From the human T2T-CHM13v2.0 reference genome, Homo sapiens: a stretch of DNA of 64,000 nt. The position numbers and the translations under genes were made by a program. A model generated the notes under the pieces. It was not told the origin of the DNA, made no database searches, and saw nothing but the letters and a program-made list of their open reading frames with translations. Positions 1 to 14,524 of the stretch are shown piece after piece; position 1 is the stretch's first letter, and each line of letters opens with the position of its first letter. The stretch is taken from NCBI RefSeq assembly GCF_009914755.1, contig NC_060937.1; one strand, 5' to 3'.

Positions 1-123
1 GACTATGTATTCATAAACGAATACTCTCCATACTGGAAGCTTGCTTGCCTTTGCATGTAAATATCTTTATTTTATTTCCTCCCTCCTGTGGTCTTTATCT
101 TTGTATTCTCCTGGTTCCCCCAG

Positions 124-209
124 AGAAGAAATCCCTTGTTGAAGAAATAAAAGTTCTTAAAGGAAAGCCTGTGAAATCACGTTTCTTTCATTTAAGAAAC
201 AAAAAATAG
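124..209 (+). CDS. Candidate terminal coding exon of an unidentified upstream gene: (x)KKSLVEEIKVLKGKPVKSRFFHLRNKK*
   Basis: About 60-nt pyrimidine-rich tract ending ggttccccCAG at 121-123; one frame open to TAG at 207-209; unique sequence; variant poly(A) signal AGTAAA near 308. Protein not recognised. Confidence 0.4.
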
Positions 210-376
210 TGCTAAAATATATGGAAGCCGTGTATTCACTAGTGATGGGACCAGTGAAAAAGAGGACTATGTTAAAATACCTGCTAGCAATGTTTTTAAA
301 TGTTATGAGTAAATATAATAGTTGCTCTCCAAGATATGTTACAAAGGCTTAGGCTAATACATATCTCTGAATTTAT

Positions 377-694
<318 letters not shown>

Positions 695-944
695 TAAGGC
701 TGATCAGGCAGTTCTCTTTCTCACATTTTAGGGAAAGGCCTTACCCAGAAACACAACAAAGTGACGGGAAACTAAGAAAGTATAATAGGACTTACATGTA
801 TCAGATTAACAGAGACTCATGATTTAATACTTCTAATTTGGAACAGGGTTTTTGACATTTTTTTGTGTGATTTTCTTCTAAAAGATAATATTTCCTTTTG
901 TGTTATTTTTTTTTGGAATTCAAATTAGTTATATTTACATTAAC

Positions 945-1250
945 TATAGTAATACAGAAATCTCAAGATATCTGCAGCCCTAAGATAGGAAGTCCCAAAC
1001 AGAAATATTGTTCTTTTCTAAGCATCAATTTAGGGACTTGGGATCCTTTTATCTTGTGGTATGGCTGTCTTCAGCACATGGCTTCCTAGGTTGTTATGCT
1101 TGTCTGCAGGAAAGAGCAACGCAGTTGCCAGGAAGATTTTTATCATCCATTCCCAGACGTGGTTCATACCACTTCTGCTCACATCCCATTGTCTGGGACC
1201 CAGTTACTCTGCAATAGCAAGGGTGAGGGGACACAGAGTCTACCAATTTG
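945..1250 (-). mobile_element. Old MaLR LTR (MLT1K/J-like)
   Basis: Motifs cacttctgctcacatcccattg and cagcacatggcttcc typical of MLT1 LTRs; edges approximate. Confidence 0.55.
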
Positions 1251-1458
1251 TTCAAAAATTGGTTTGTTAAACAGTTAGCCACTCACCATCATGGTCTTTC
1301 ATTGTTTTGAAGTTTTTTGTAAATGTGTTTGTTGTCCTTCAATGGAAAAGGAGTCTTCATATGTAGTGTTAAAAAGGAGGGAATAAAAATTAATAACAAT
1401 GCTCTTTTTGTGCCAGTGGACAATATTTTAAAAGTTTTCAATCAAGAGAAGCAGCATA

Positions 1459-1760
1459 GGCCAGGCGTGGTAGCTCACACCTGTAATACTAGCACTTTGG
1501 GAGGGTGAGGAGGGCCGACTGCCTGAGCTCAGGAGTTCAAGACCACCCTGGGCAACATAGTGAAACCACATCTCCACCAAAATACAAAAAAATTAGCTGG
1601 GCGTGTTGGTGCACACCTGTAATCCCAGTTACTTGGGAAGCTGAGGTAGGAGAATTGCTGGAGCCTGGGGGCAAAGGTTGCAGTGAGCCGAGATCGTGCC
1701 ACTGTACTCAAGCCTGGGAGATAAAGCGAGACTCTGTCAAAAAAAAAAAAAAAAAAAAAA
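1459..1760 (+). mobile_element. Alu (J/S-type)
   Basis: ggccaggcgtgg start, both monomers, A tail; degenerate TSD agagaagcagcata / agagaaaagcatcata. Confidence 0.95.
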
Positions 1761-2390
1761 GGAGAGAGAAAAGCATCATAATCCTTAAGAATTAGACGAT
1801 GGAGCTAAGCCATGAGTTTGTATTATTATGTGCTTTAACAAATCAAGTTGGAAGAGCAATTATCAGAATTGTTAACTTTATGCCAGGACATGTTAAGGAT
1901 ACCAACTCCTAATGCAAATGTTCAGTATGTTTTCTCAGTAAAAAAAAACACCTGATAGGCAAAAGAACACAATAAGTTTTACATGAACATTGTATAAGCT
2001 ATGCTACAATGTAAATGGAACATAGGCTGTAACTACAAGGAATTTTATAAGCAAATTCCACAAATCAATGAATTGTTAAGGAGAGCCCAATAGGGGAAGT
2101 ATAATTAAAGAAAGCTGTAAATAACCTGATACTTGTAACTTATTTCAGATAAACAACAAATAATTATTAGTATTCATGTGTGCCAAGCAATATTTTTCTT
2201 GTATTTCAATGTACATATGCATAGGCAGTTAAAATAATTCAAATTTAACTAGGTATCCTATATTTTTACTTGTTAAATCTGGCACCCCTACCTAGCAGCA
2301 AGGAATCACTCCTTTCTTTAACTTCCACAATTTATCTTTACCACTCTAATGATTTATCAGTGTTTATCTGTTATTAAACTCCTGAGAGTT

Positions 2391-2620
2391 AGTGTGGTAT
2401 AGTGGTTAAGAGTAAACACTGGGAGCCAAACTGCCAGGGTTCAAATCCTAATTGTTCAACTTTCAAAATGTTTCAACTCTCTCAGGTTACTTAATCTCCC
2501 TGGTCTCACCTTCTTTATTTTTGAGGTAACAATAATAGCACCCACCTCAGAGGATTGACAAGCAAGTTAAAAGGGCTAGCAAATACAACACACTTGGAAC
2601 ACTGCATTGTTCTTAGTGTG
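2391..2620 (+). mobile_element. MIR
   Basis: gtggtatagtggttaagag...gggttcaaatcc core. Confidence 0.7.
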
Positions 2621-3255
2621 TACCATACAAAGCATCTTACTCGGCATTCTTCAGTCCAGAGTCAATACTGTAAGTCCCGCAAATACAGAGGATTTTTCTT
2701 ATTTTTTTAATCCTCTATAATATTGTGATTATATTAGAGGCTGAAGAATGTTCCTTAAAGGAATCAATGAAGATATCACAACTGATCATTGCCTTGACTT
2801 CTCTCCTGGATGAAATCCATGAAATAGCCTAGATGGACGCCTCCATAGAAGCTTTGGGAGCACTTTTTGTCAGTCTTAGGAAACAACCAGGTAAATGGGA
2901 AAAGGTATATTAAGTATGGGTCCATAGAAGGGCAAATGTGTAAATGAAAGTACCTGAAGTGAATGTGCCTCTGGGAGAGACTAAGTGCTGTTTTAGATGA
3001 ATTTTAAAAAACAATCAGAAATGCGGAAAAGTACTGGGAAGAGCTGCCAGCGTTGTCAGGTCTCTGCTACTCTTTCCAATAGGGCTCCACCAAAGCAAAA
3101 GGGGTAACTGCAAACCAGTAAACAAGGTTAACTGTCCAGGCTGTTCACTCTGGTTTGCAAAGAAATCCTTGCCCATAGTTCATGGAAGCCAAGTCGGGCT
3201 GAAGGAGGACTTAAGGAAAGGGAAATGTCCAGATGAACCAGAAGATGGCGCAGGG

Positions 3256-3608
<353 letters not shown>

Positions 3609-4228
3609 ATTTTCATTGCTCTTGGCCTGTAGTAAGAAAGAAAGAGGATAGGACTTGAGTTAGAGTACTGAGTGATTGCTTATATTTGGAGGCCAAAAGG
3701 AAAAAGAGGGCAAGCAGGAAGCCCACATTTAAGAGATTGAGGTGCAAAGTCCCGGCCTTGCTGCAGCCTCTCTGTTGCCGCTGTCAGCACAAGATCCATC
3801 TCAGCCAAGAACTGTGCAGCCTTCCGTGCTGACCACTACACGGTTAGAGATGGAAAACCAGGAGTTGTGTTGGCTTGGCAAAGCCTCTCTGGTTATGTTT
3901 TGGTTTTCAATTTACCACATATGGTCTCAAAAAGTGCTTCCAGTTAAAATTTTGTCACTCCATTTATAGAAGAGTTTAATTTAAAATACCGTGTTCCATA
4001 GAAGTCTTTCACCCTTCTACGGCAGGCGAAACTAACTGGTTTATGTGTGGGGAAATGTCATTTGAAAGTTTAATCACTGCAGAGGCAAAATCATTCCTTA
4101 AATAGACAAATAGCCACTAATAAGTAGCTTCACCTTGTGAATAGGACCCCATATAAATTAGCAAATGAAAGCTGGGAGGAAAGGAAAACTGTTTTGTCTT
4201 TGTGACCCCCCAATTTCTTCCTCTAGGC

Positions 4229-4304
4229 CAGTGGCTCTCATAGAGTGGTCCCATGACTGCCAGTGCTCACGTCACTTGGGTACTTGTTAGAAACTCAAAT
4301 TCTC
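4229..4304. mobile_element. MER5-family fragment
   Basis: cagtggctctca...gtggtcc...cttgttagaaactcaaattctc. Confidence 0.65.
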
Positions 4305-4604
4305 GGCTGGGTGCGGTGGCTCACGCCTGTAATCCCAGCACTTTGGGAGGCCGAGGAGGGCAGATCACGAGGTCAGGAGTTCGAGACCAGCCTGACCAAC
4401 ATGATGAAACCCTGTCTCTACTAAAAATACAAAAATTAGCCAGGCGTGGTGACGCGCACCTGTAATCCCAGCTACTCAGGAGGCCTAGGCAGGAGAATCG
4501 CTTGAACCCAGGAGGCGGAGGTTGCAGTGAGCCGAGATCGCGCTACTGCACTTCAGCCTGGGCAACAGAGTGAGACTCTGTCTCAAAAAAAAAAAAAAAA
4601 AAAA
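4305..4604 (+). mobile_element. AluS (Sg-like), full length, no visible TSD
   Basis: Complete Alu with gatcacgaggtcaggagttcg and A20 tail. Confidence 0.95.
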
Positions 4605-4624
4605 GCTATAAAATAATAATTAAA

Positions 4625-4980
4625 CATGACTCTTTTCCAACAAACTACTGCAAACCAATTAGTCCTGGGCTAGCAGCTTGTTTAGCAAACAATAGGGAAC
4701 TTATCAAGATTCACTTCAAGGCCCTATCACTGCTGTGTACACTAATGCCAAATTATTGTTATCTTGAACTTTGCCCAATCTGAATCAGTTTTCCACTGTG
4801 AATGACCCACCCTAAATGACATTAGCTGGACCTCCAATCCTATTAATATCCTCCTCTAACTTTCCTGCTCCAAGATGTGGTAGGATGTCAAGATGGCTTT
4901 CTCTCTTATGAAAATAAGTCTAATAAACCTACCCTAGCATAAGGCAATAGGTTTTCTGGTGGTCTTGTGGGGAGTTAATC
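4625..4980 (+). mobile_element. Probable old ERV LTR 3' part
   Basis: taagtctaataaacc...ggtggtcttgtggggagt resembles an LTR R/U5 end; family not assigned. Confidence 0.35.
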
Positions 4981-7869
4981 GTGGATACTATCCATCTAGT
5001 ATATATGCTATCCACAAGACTTGTAATATTAAAACATTGAGATCACTCTTTTCCTCAACACACACAACGTTTTTCCTCTCTCTGTTAAAATGGCATTTTA
5101 GATGATCAAGTTAATAGCCAGACAGTACTATTATCACCCAGCAGTCTTGAAAAATGTTGTAAGAATTTTGTAAAACTGTATATGCCCCTACAAATTTTTA
5201 ATTCGTATCTAAAACTTTCATAAGTTACAAAAGCATGATGTGTAGCATCTTTTAAAAACTGATGTTTTAAAATAAAACTGTTATATGACTGTTACAGTCT
5301 TCTTTTGGATGTATTACATTGAATAAAATCCCATAACCACTTAATATTATCATCTTTGATTTTTTAAAAACTACATAAACAATATTTAACATAAATTTTA
5401 TATTATTACTTTCATACTTTGAACTAGTATTTCCATTCCATTTTTCTCACATACTTTTATCTTAATGCAATATAATTTATGACTAAAAACTTTTTTAAAT
5501 TTATTTTTCACTTTTATCTTAGGTTCAGAGGGTACCTGTGCAGATTTGTTACACTGGTATATTGCAAGATGCTGAGGTTTGAGGTATGATTGATTTCATC
5601 ACCCAGGTAGTGAGCACAGTAACCAAAAGGTAGCTTTTTAGCCTTTGTCCCCTCCCATTCTTCCCCTCGAATTGTCCCCAGTGTATTTTGTTCTCATCTT
5701 TGTGTCCATGTGTAGCCAATGTTTAGCTCCCATTTATAAGTGAGAACATGCAGGATTTGCTTTTCTGTTCCTATAATTTGCTTAGGATAATGCCTGCCAG
5801 CTGTATCCATGTTGCTGCAAAGGACGTGATTTTGTTCTTTCTTCTGACTGCATAGTATACCATGGTGTATATGTACCACATTTTCTTTATCCAATCCACC
5901 ACTGATGGGCACCTACGTTGACTCCATGTCTTTGCTATTGTGAATAGTGCTGCAATGAATATATGAATGCATGTGTCTTTTTGGTAGAACAATCTATTTT
6001 CCTTTGGGTAGATACTCAATAGTGGAGTTGCTGAGTCAAATGGTATAGTTCTGTTATGAGTTCTTTGAGAAATCTCCACACTGCTTTCCACAGTGGTTGA
6101 ACTAATTTACGTTCCCACCAACGGAATATAAGCATTCCCTTTTCCCTGAAGCCTTACTAGCATCTATTGTTTTTTGACTTTTTAATAATAGCCATCCTGA
6201 CTGGTATGAGATGGTATCTCATTTGGTTTTGATTTGCATTTCTTTGATGATTAGTGATGTTGAGTATTTTTTCATGTTTGTTGGCCTCTTGTATGTCTTC
6301 TTTTGCGAAGTGTCTATTCACGTTCTTTGCCTACTTTTTAGGGAGGTTATTTGTTTTTTGCTTGTTTATTTTTTTACATTCCTTATAAATTAGACATTGT
6401 TGGATATGAGACATTGTCAGATGCATAATTTGTGTATATTTTCTCCCATTCTTAGGGTGTCTGTTTACCCTGTTGGTAGTTTCTTTTGCGGCGCAGAAGC
6501 TCTTTAGTTTAATTAGGTTCCATCTGTCACTTTTTGTTTCTGTTGCAATTGCTTTTGAGGTCTTAGCCATAAATTCTTTGCCAAGGCCCATGTTCAGAAT
6601 AGTATTCCCTAGGTTTTCTTCTAGGATTTTTATAGTTTGAGGTCTGACATCTAAATCTTTGATTCATCTTGAGTTAATTTTTTTATATGGTGAAAGCAGC
6701 GTTCCTGTTTTATTCTTCCGCATATGGTTAGTCAGTTATCTCAGCACCATTTATTGAATAGGGAGTTCTTTCTCCATTGCTTATTTCTCTTGATTTTGTC
6801 AAAAATCAGATGGTTGTAGGTATGCAGTTGTATTTCTGGTTTCTGTATTCTGTTCCATTGGTGTGTGTGTCTGTTTTTGTACCAGTACCATGCTTTTTTG
6901 GTTACTGTAGCCTTATGGTATAGTTTGAAGTCAGGTAATGTGATGCCTCTAGCTTTGTTATTTTTCGCTTAGGATTGCCTTGGCTATTTGGGCTTTTTTG
7001 GGTTCCATATGAATTTTAGAGTAATTTTTTTTTCTAATTCCATAAAAAAAATGACCTTGGTATTTTGATAGGAGTAGCATTGAATCTGTAGACTGCTTTG
7101 AGCAGCATGGCCATATTAATGATATTGAGCATGGGATTTTTTTTTTATTTGTTTCTGCCATTTATAATTCCTTTCAGCAGTGTTCTATAGTTCTCCTCGT
7201 AGAGATCTTTCACCTCATTAGCTACAAGTATTCCTAAGTATTTTATTTATTTATTTATTTTTGGCTATTGTAAATGGGATTGTGTTATTGATCTGGCTCT
7301 CTGCTTAAATGTTATTGGTGTATAGAAATGCTACTAACTTTTGTATTAATACATTGATTTTGTAACCTGACACTTTAATACAGTCATTTATCAGTTCTAG
7401 GGGCCTTTTGGCAGTCTTTAGTTTTCTAGGTATAAAACTGTATTATCAGTAAAGAGAGATAATTTGACTTCCCATTTTCCTATAGGATGACTTTCATTTC
7501 TTTCTCTTACCTGATTGCTCTGGCTATAAATTCCAGTACTATGTTGAATAAGATTGGTGAGAGTGGGCATCCTTGTCTTGTTCCAGTTCTTAAGGGGAAT
7601 GCTTCCAACTTTTACCCACTCGGAATGATGTTGCTTGTGAGTTTGTTGTAGATGACTCTTACTATTTTGAAGTATGTTCCTTTGATGCCTAGTTTGTTGA
7701 GGTTTTTAATCATGGATTATATTGAAAGTTTTTTCTGCATTTAGTAAGATAATCATATAGGTTTTGTTTATAATTTTGTTTATGTGGTGAATCACATTTA
7801 TTGATTTGCATATGTTGAACCAACCTTACATCCCAAGGGTAAAACCCACTTCATCAAAGTGAATTAACT

Positions 7870-8168
7870 TTTTTTTTTTTTTTTTTGAGATAGAGTCTCA
7901 CTCTGTCACCCAGGCTGGAATGCAGTGGTGAGATCCTGGTTCACTGCAACCTCTGCCTCCCAGGTTCAAGCAGTTCCCATGCTTCAGCCTTCTGAGAAAC
8001 TGGGACTATATGCATGTGCCATGAAGTCTGGCTAATTTTTGTATTTTTAGTAGAGATGGGGCTTCACCATGTTGGCCCACCTGGTCTCGAACTCCTGACC
8101 TCAGGTGGTCTACCTGCCTCGGCCTCCCAAAGTGCTGAGATTACAGGCATGAGCCACTGCACCTGGCC
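7870..8168 (-). mobile_element. AluSx-like inside L1
   Basis: TSD tgaattaacttttt at 7860 and 8169. Confidence 0.95.
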
Positions 8169-9810
8169 TGAATTAACTTTTTGATGAGCTATTGGGTTTC
8201 GTTTGGTAGTATTTTATTGAGGGTTTTTATATCTATGTTTATCAGGTATATTGGCCTGTAACTTTCTTTCTTCATTATGTCTTTGCCAGATTTTGGTATC
8301 ATGGTGATGCTGGCTTTGTAGAATGAGTTAGGAGGAGTACCCCTTCTCCACAATTTTTTGGAATAGTTACAGTAGAATTGGTACCAACTCTTTTTTGGTA
8401 GAATTTGGCGTGAATCCATTTGGTCCAGGGCTCTTTTTTGGTAAGTAGGATTTTTTTAATTATTAAGTCAAGTTTGGAACTCAATATTGTCCCTTTCAGT
8501 GTTTCAGTTTCTTCTTGATTTAATCTTGGGAGGTTGTGTGTGTCCAGAAATTTATCCATTTCCTCTAGATTTTCTAGTTTGTTTGCATAGAGGTGTTCAT
8601 AATACTCTCTGAGCATCTTTTTATTTCCTTGGGATCAATTGTAATGTCATGCTTGTCATTTTTTATTGTGCTTATTTGGATCTTCTCTCTCTCTCTCTCT
8701 CTTTTTTTTGGGGGGGGGTTATCTAACTAACAGTGTATCAATTTTGTTTATCCTTTCAAATAACCAACTTTTGGTTTTGTTGATTCCCTGTATGAATTTC
8801 TGGATCTCCATTTCGTATAGTTCTGCTTTGATTTTAGTTGTTTCTTTTCTTCTATTAGTTTTGGGGTAAGTTTGTATTTATTTTTACAAGTTCCTCTAGT
8901 TGTGATGTTAGATCATTGATTTGAGACCCTTCTAACTTCTTGATGTGAATATTTTACTCTATAAACTTTTCTTAAAGCTGCTTTTTCTGAATCCCAGGGA
9001 TTTTGTCTCTGTTTTTATTTGTTTCAAAGATTTTTTTGATTTCTGTCTTAATTTCATTTTTGCCCAAAAGTTATTCGGGAATAAATTGTTTAATTTTTAT
9101 GTAGTTTGTGGTTTTGAGAGATCTTCTTGGTATTGGTTTATATTTTTATTCCACTGTGGTCCAAAAGTATGGTTGACATGATTTTCACTTTTTTGAATTT
9201 TTTGAGACTTGCTTTATGGCCAAGCATGTACTCGATCTTAGAGTATGTCCCGTATGCAGATGAGAAGAATGTATATTCTGTGGTTAATGGATAGAGCATT
9301 CTGTAGCTGTCTATTAGTTCTAATTGGTTATGTGTTGAGTTTAAGTCTGGAATTTCTTTGTTAGTTTTCTGCCTTGATGATCTGTCTAATGCTATCAGTG
9401 GGGCATTGAAATCCCCCAACATTATTTTGTGGCTGTCTGTTTTTTTGTGGGTCTAAAGGAACTTGCTTTATGAATCTGGTGCTCCATTGTTAAATGCATA
9501 TATATTTAGGATAGTTAACTCTTCTGTTGAATTGAACCCTTTATTATTATGTAGTGCCTGTCTTTGTCCTTTTATATTGTAGTTGGTTTAAAGTCTGTTT
9601 TATCTAAGAATAGTGACCCCTGCTTTCTTCTGATTTCCATTTGCATGGTGGATCTTTCTTCATCCCTTTACTTTGAGCCTGTGGGTGTCATTACATATGA
9701 GATGGATCTCTTGAGGGCAGTAGATGGCTGGGTCTTGTTTGTGTATCCATCTTGCCACTCTGTGACTTCTAAGTGGGATTTTTTGGCCATTTACATCCAA
9801 GGTTAGTATT

Positions 9811-10066
<256 letters not shown>

Positions 10067-10689
10067 TAGTATTGATTTGGGAGGTCAGGACTCCGGCCTG
10101 TGCCCCGCCTCAAGGATAGTATTGATATGTGAAGTTTTGTTCCCATGATGAAGTTGTTAACTAGTTGCTTTGTAGTTTCCATTGAGTACTTGCTTTATAG
10201 GATCTGTGGGCCATACACCTAAGTGTGTTTCTGTTGTTAATCACCTCATCAAACTTCTCTGCAAGGAAAGGCAGTATAAATAAAAAATTTTCAAAAGTTA
10301 AATTTCTGTGATCAAGATTACATGCTTATGATGTTATCACAATAATTCGAGGTAAATGGTTGATTAAAGCAACATAAATATATTACTAATTTGACAAACA
10401 ACTATTGACGATAAAAAGTAAAACTTTATTGTAAAATAACCTTTAATTAGATAGCTGGGCCCTTCTGTTTTTAATTAATTCATATATTCATGCATTAATA
10501 TAATCCTAAAATGAGACAGAGTTTAGCATCAATTCTATTTTCCATTTTTTTAGATGTAAACTCCAAGAAATTCTATTGCATAAACAAATAAATGGGAGTT
10601 GAAGGTTTTCTTTTTGTAAATAACAATGATGACTCTGAATTTTTTTCCAAATATATGCCAAAATTTATACAGTAGTCAAGTATCAAATA

Positions 10690-10812
10690 TTTTTTCAAAA
10701 GTGTCAGAATGTTGATAACTTTTGAAACTAGATCATGGGCTTGTATGGATTCCTTATAAGTTCTCACTACTTTTTTGTACGCTTGACAATTTTCATAATA
10801 CAATATTTTTTA
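10690..10812 (+). mobile_element. L1ME-type 3' end fragment
   Basis: aatgttgataacttttgaaact...ttttcataata resembles the old L1 terminus. Confidence 0.5.
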
Positions 10813-11989
10813 ATTTGTGATCTATTCATGATAACTTTATTAGATTTTCTTTAAATTTTCTTGAAAGCAAAGAATTGGAAACCTACTGGCTTGCAAAATG
10901 ATTCATTACTTAGCCATTAGAATCATTTATTTTCCCAAGACAAAAACAATCAATATTTTCAATTATTCTATTGTTCAGCATTCTTAAGATTTTTATACCT
11001 CGGGGCAATTAACACATCATTTGGTCAGGTGGAAGTTATGTATTTCTTTTGTAAATATGAAGAAGGGCAATTATAAAAGGAAGAAGGAAAAGGAGCTACC
11101 TCTCATCATCGGGTTGTTCTGGGCAGATTAATTATAGGGGATGGCACATTATAAAGGATGAAAATATTGTCATTTCTTTAAACCCTCCTCCCCTGGAATG
11201 GCTTTAAGCTCCTGGGTCTTTGCATAATAATTTGAAGACTGCTGATCCAAGCTACATTTCTCTCCCCATCACATACCACCCTTTATCTGTGTTTGTTTGC
11301 ATTAGTATAGGAGCTTTGTCTTTGTAATTAGAAAGAGACTGAGGTGCTTTATTTGAATGAAAATCCTGATGTCTCTCCCAAAGCAAACACTTCCACTGGA
11401 TTTGATATTTTAGGATTGAAGGGATAAGGGCTAAAAACTTTTCATGAGACTTTGTGAAACTCCTGGTAATAGGGTGAACAAAGAAGGGCAGAGGCTAATA
11501 TGGGACTCTTTATTACAGATGTTACAGACTTTGTGAGACCCCAGGCACCAACAGAGCTCCTAGACTCAGATGTCAAAAGAGGTCAAAGAGAGAGAGTTAG
11601 AACCCATGTCAGAGCAGCTAGCTTTGGGAGCCACTAGAAATGTCATCTTCAGGAGGGTCATTGTAAGTTTTAACTTGGGTGGTAAGTGGGGCATGAAGAC
11701 TTAAGCCATTGTCATATTGTCATTATGTAAATTTTGCTTCATTTTGTAATCACAGCTTATTAATGCCTGGACTTAAAGAGTTATTCTAAGAAAATGAGTT
11801 TCATCAAAAATGGAAATATATTGTAGTGTTTCTTGGAAATGTAAGAATTCTCAGGCGGCTCAGCACCATCCTGGGGAAGGCATCTACCTTTCTCTCAATG
11901 AGAAAAGTTCTAATTTTAATAGTTTTGTATACTGAGTCTTTACGTAAGATTTCATCTGGAAGAAGGGTTAGTTCTACTTCTATTTTGTT

Positions 11990-12150
11990 TAAAGAAAAGA
12001 ACATGAGTTTTGGAATCAGGCCTTTATGTCTAACCTTAGGGAAGTTATGTTAACTCTTTTGACCTTTGGTTATCTGTAAATTGGAAACAGTTATACATCT
12101 CCTTCAGTGCTGTCATCTTAGGTTGTTTTATAAAGTTTAACAAATTATAA
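11990..12150 (+). mobile_element. MIR fragment
   Basis: tttggaatcagg...accttagggaagttat...atctgtaaattgg. Confidence 0.6.
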
Positions 12151-12194
12151 GAGCAGAAGTAAATTTAAAATATCCCCTTATAGGTATAGATTAT

Positions 12195-12597
12195 TGTATC
12201 AGTCTGTTTGCATTGCTATAAAGAAATACCTCAGGCTGAGAAATTTATAGAGAAAATAGGCTTTTTTGGCTCACGGTTCTGCAGGCTGTACAGGAAGCAT
12301 GGCACCAGCATCTGCTCCTGGTGAGGCCTCAGGAAGCTTACACGACAGAAGGCAAAGGGGAGCCAGCATGTCACATGGCAAGAGAGGGAGCAAGAGAGAT
12401 GCCAGGCTCTTTTAAACAACCAGCTGACACATGAACTAAGAGCAAGAACTCACTCATCACTACGGTAATGGCAGTAAGCCATTCATGAGGGATTCACCCC
12501 CATAATCATCAGACCATATCCCACTAGGCACCACCTCCAACGCTGGGGTTCACATTTCAACATGAGATGCAGGGGACAGAACATCCAAACCATATCA
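12195..12597 (-). mobile_element. MSTA-type MaLR solo LTR
   Basis: tgtatcagtc...ggctcacggttctgcaggctgtacaggaagcatgg...atccaaaccatatca; TG...CA ends. Confidence 0.9.
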
Positions 12598-13211
12598 GTT
12601 AGCAATTACGAAGCTATTTTACATGCATCTAGGGTTAAACAAATAAGTAAATCTATTGCAGATAATGAGTCAGATTTATCACTGTAAGAGAAAAAAGTTA
12701 CAAACCCTGTGGAAGTATCAATGTGAACACACGGTTTAACAGATGGATGGATGGATGGATGGATGGATAGATACAGATGTATATTTTCACACGGTTTAGT
12801 ATTCATACATTTATTCCACAGCTCTGTCTGCTGAGACTCTCAAAAACCAGTGACACTCCAGTAGCAATGAACACATCTAGTGCACAGATCTTGGTTTCTG
12901 AATATGATTCTTCAATAAAAAGAACTGGGGTGCCTTGTAGAAGTGGTTCATTCCAGGGCTGAGGCAGGGGCTCTTCAAGATAAGCCTGGAGAATCTTGTG
13001 GTGCCAGAAAATAAGGAAGTACTAAGACAAGAAAATTGTGGTAGAGGATTTGGCATATCAAAGGAACAGAAGAGCTAGCCTGAAGGAGCCCTCTATGGCC
13101 AAATCTGGAACAATTTGAGTAACAAAATAAATAACAATAGTACTGGATTAAAACCCAAAGAATAAAATGAATATTTATGAATCAAATGGACATAAATAAG
13201 TGATTGTATAA

Positions 13212-13558
<347 letters not shown>

Positions 13559-13571
13559 AAGAAAACTTTCT

Positions 13572-13574
13572 TTT

Positions 13575-13623
<49 letters not shown>

Positions 13624-13931
13624 TTTCTTTCTTTCTTTCTTTTTTTTGAGAGGTAGTCTCGCTCTGTCACCCACGCTGGAGTGCAGTGGTGCCATCTCTG
13701 CTCACTGCAAGCTCCGCCTCCCGGGTTCACTCCATTCTCCTGCCTCAGCCTCCAGAGAGAGTAGCTGGGACTACAGGCGCCCGCTGCAATGCCCGGCTAA
13801 TTTTTCTATTTTTAGTAGAGACAGGGTTTCACCGTGTTAGCCAGGATGGTCTCAACCTCCTGACCTCGTGATCCGCCCGCCTCGGCCTCCCAAAGTGCTG
13901 GGATTACAGGCATGAGCCACCGCGCCCAGCC
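13572..13931 (-). mobile_element. AluY with (CTTT)n microsatellite tail
   Basis: gcaagctccgcc and ccgtgttagccaggatgg diagnostics; (CTTT)n at about 13575-13640. Confidence 0.95.
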
Positions 13932-14002
13932 AGAAAACTCTTTAAGGAAGCACTCCCATTACTAAATGTAGAAGGAATGATGGGTATAGAAATTCACCAT
14001 TA

Positions 14003-14316
14003 GGCTGGGCACCACGGCTCACGCCTGTAATCCCAGCACTTTGGGAGGCCGAGGCGGGTGGATCACCTGAGGTCAGGAGTTCCAGACCAGCCTGACCAAC
14101 GTGGAGAAACCCCGTCTCTACTAAAAATACAAAATTAGCCAGGTGTGGTGGCGCATGCCTGTAATCCCAGCTACTCGGGAGGCTGAGGCAGGAGAATCGC
14201 TTGAACCCGGGAGGTGGAGGTTGTGGTGGGCGAGGGTGAGCTGAGATCGCGCCATTACACTCCAGCCTGGGCAACAAGAGCGAAACTCTGTCTCAAAAAA
14301 AAAAGGAAAAGGAAAA
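14003..14316 (+). mobile_element. AluSp-like
   Basis: cctgaccaac-tggagaaacc and gcaacaagagcgaaac; TSD agaaattcaccat at 13988-14000 and 14317-14329. Confidence 0.95.
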
Positions 14317-14524
14317 AGAAATTCACCATGAGAACATAAAAGAAATAATTTCTGCAGGCAAGATATGCTAATGGATGCTAAAATTAATGGGCACAAGTTT
14401 AAAAAGAAAGAGGATATTTGCATAGTGTCAAAGTATTTCCCCTCAAATATTTATTCATTATAAGCGGAAAAGTAGTAATTTTACAGTGGAGAAACCTGGA
14501 AAACACCATCTTGGCCGAAACATT

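Noticed and set aside
12728-12798. 11-bp direct repeat cacacggttta flanking (ATGG)n
   Set aside because: Short, inside an old L1 low-complexity region; cannot be distinguished from a consensus feature or slippage.
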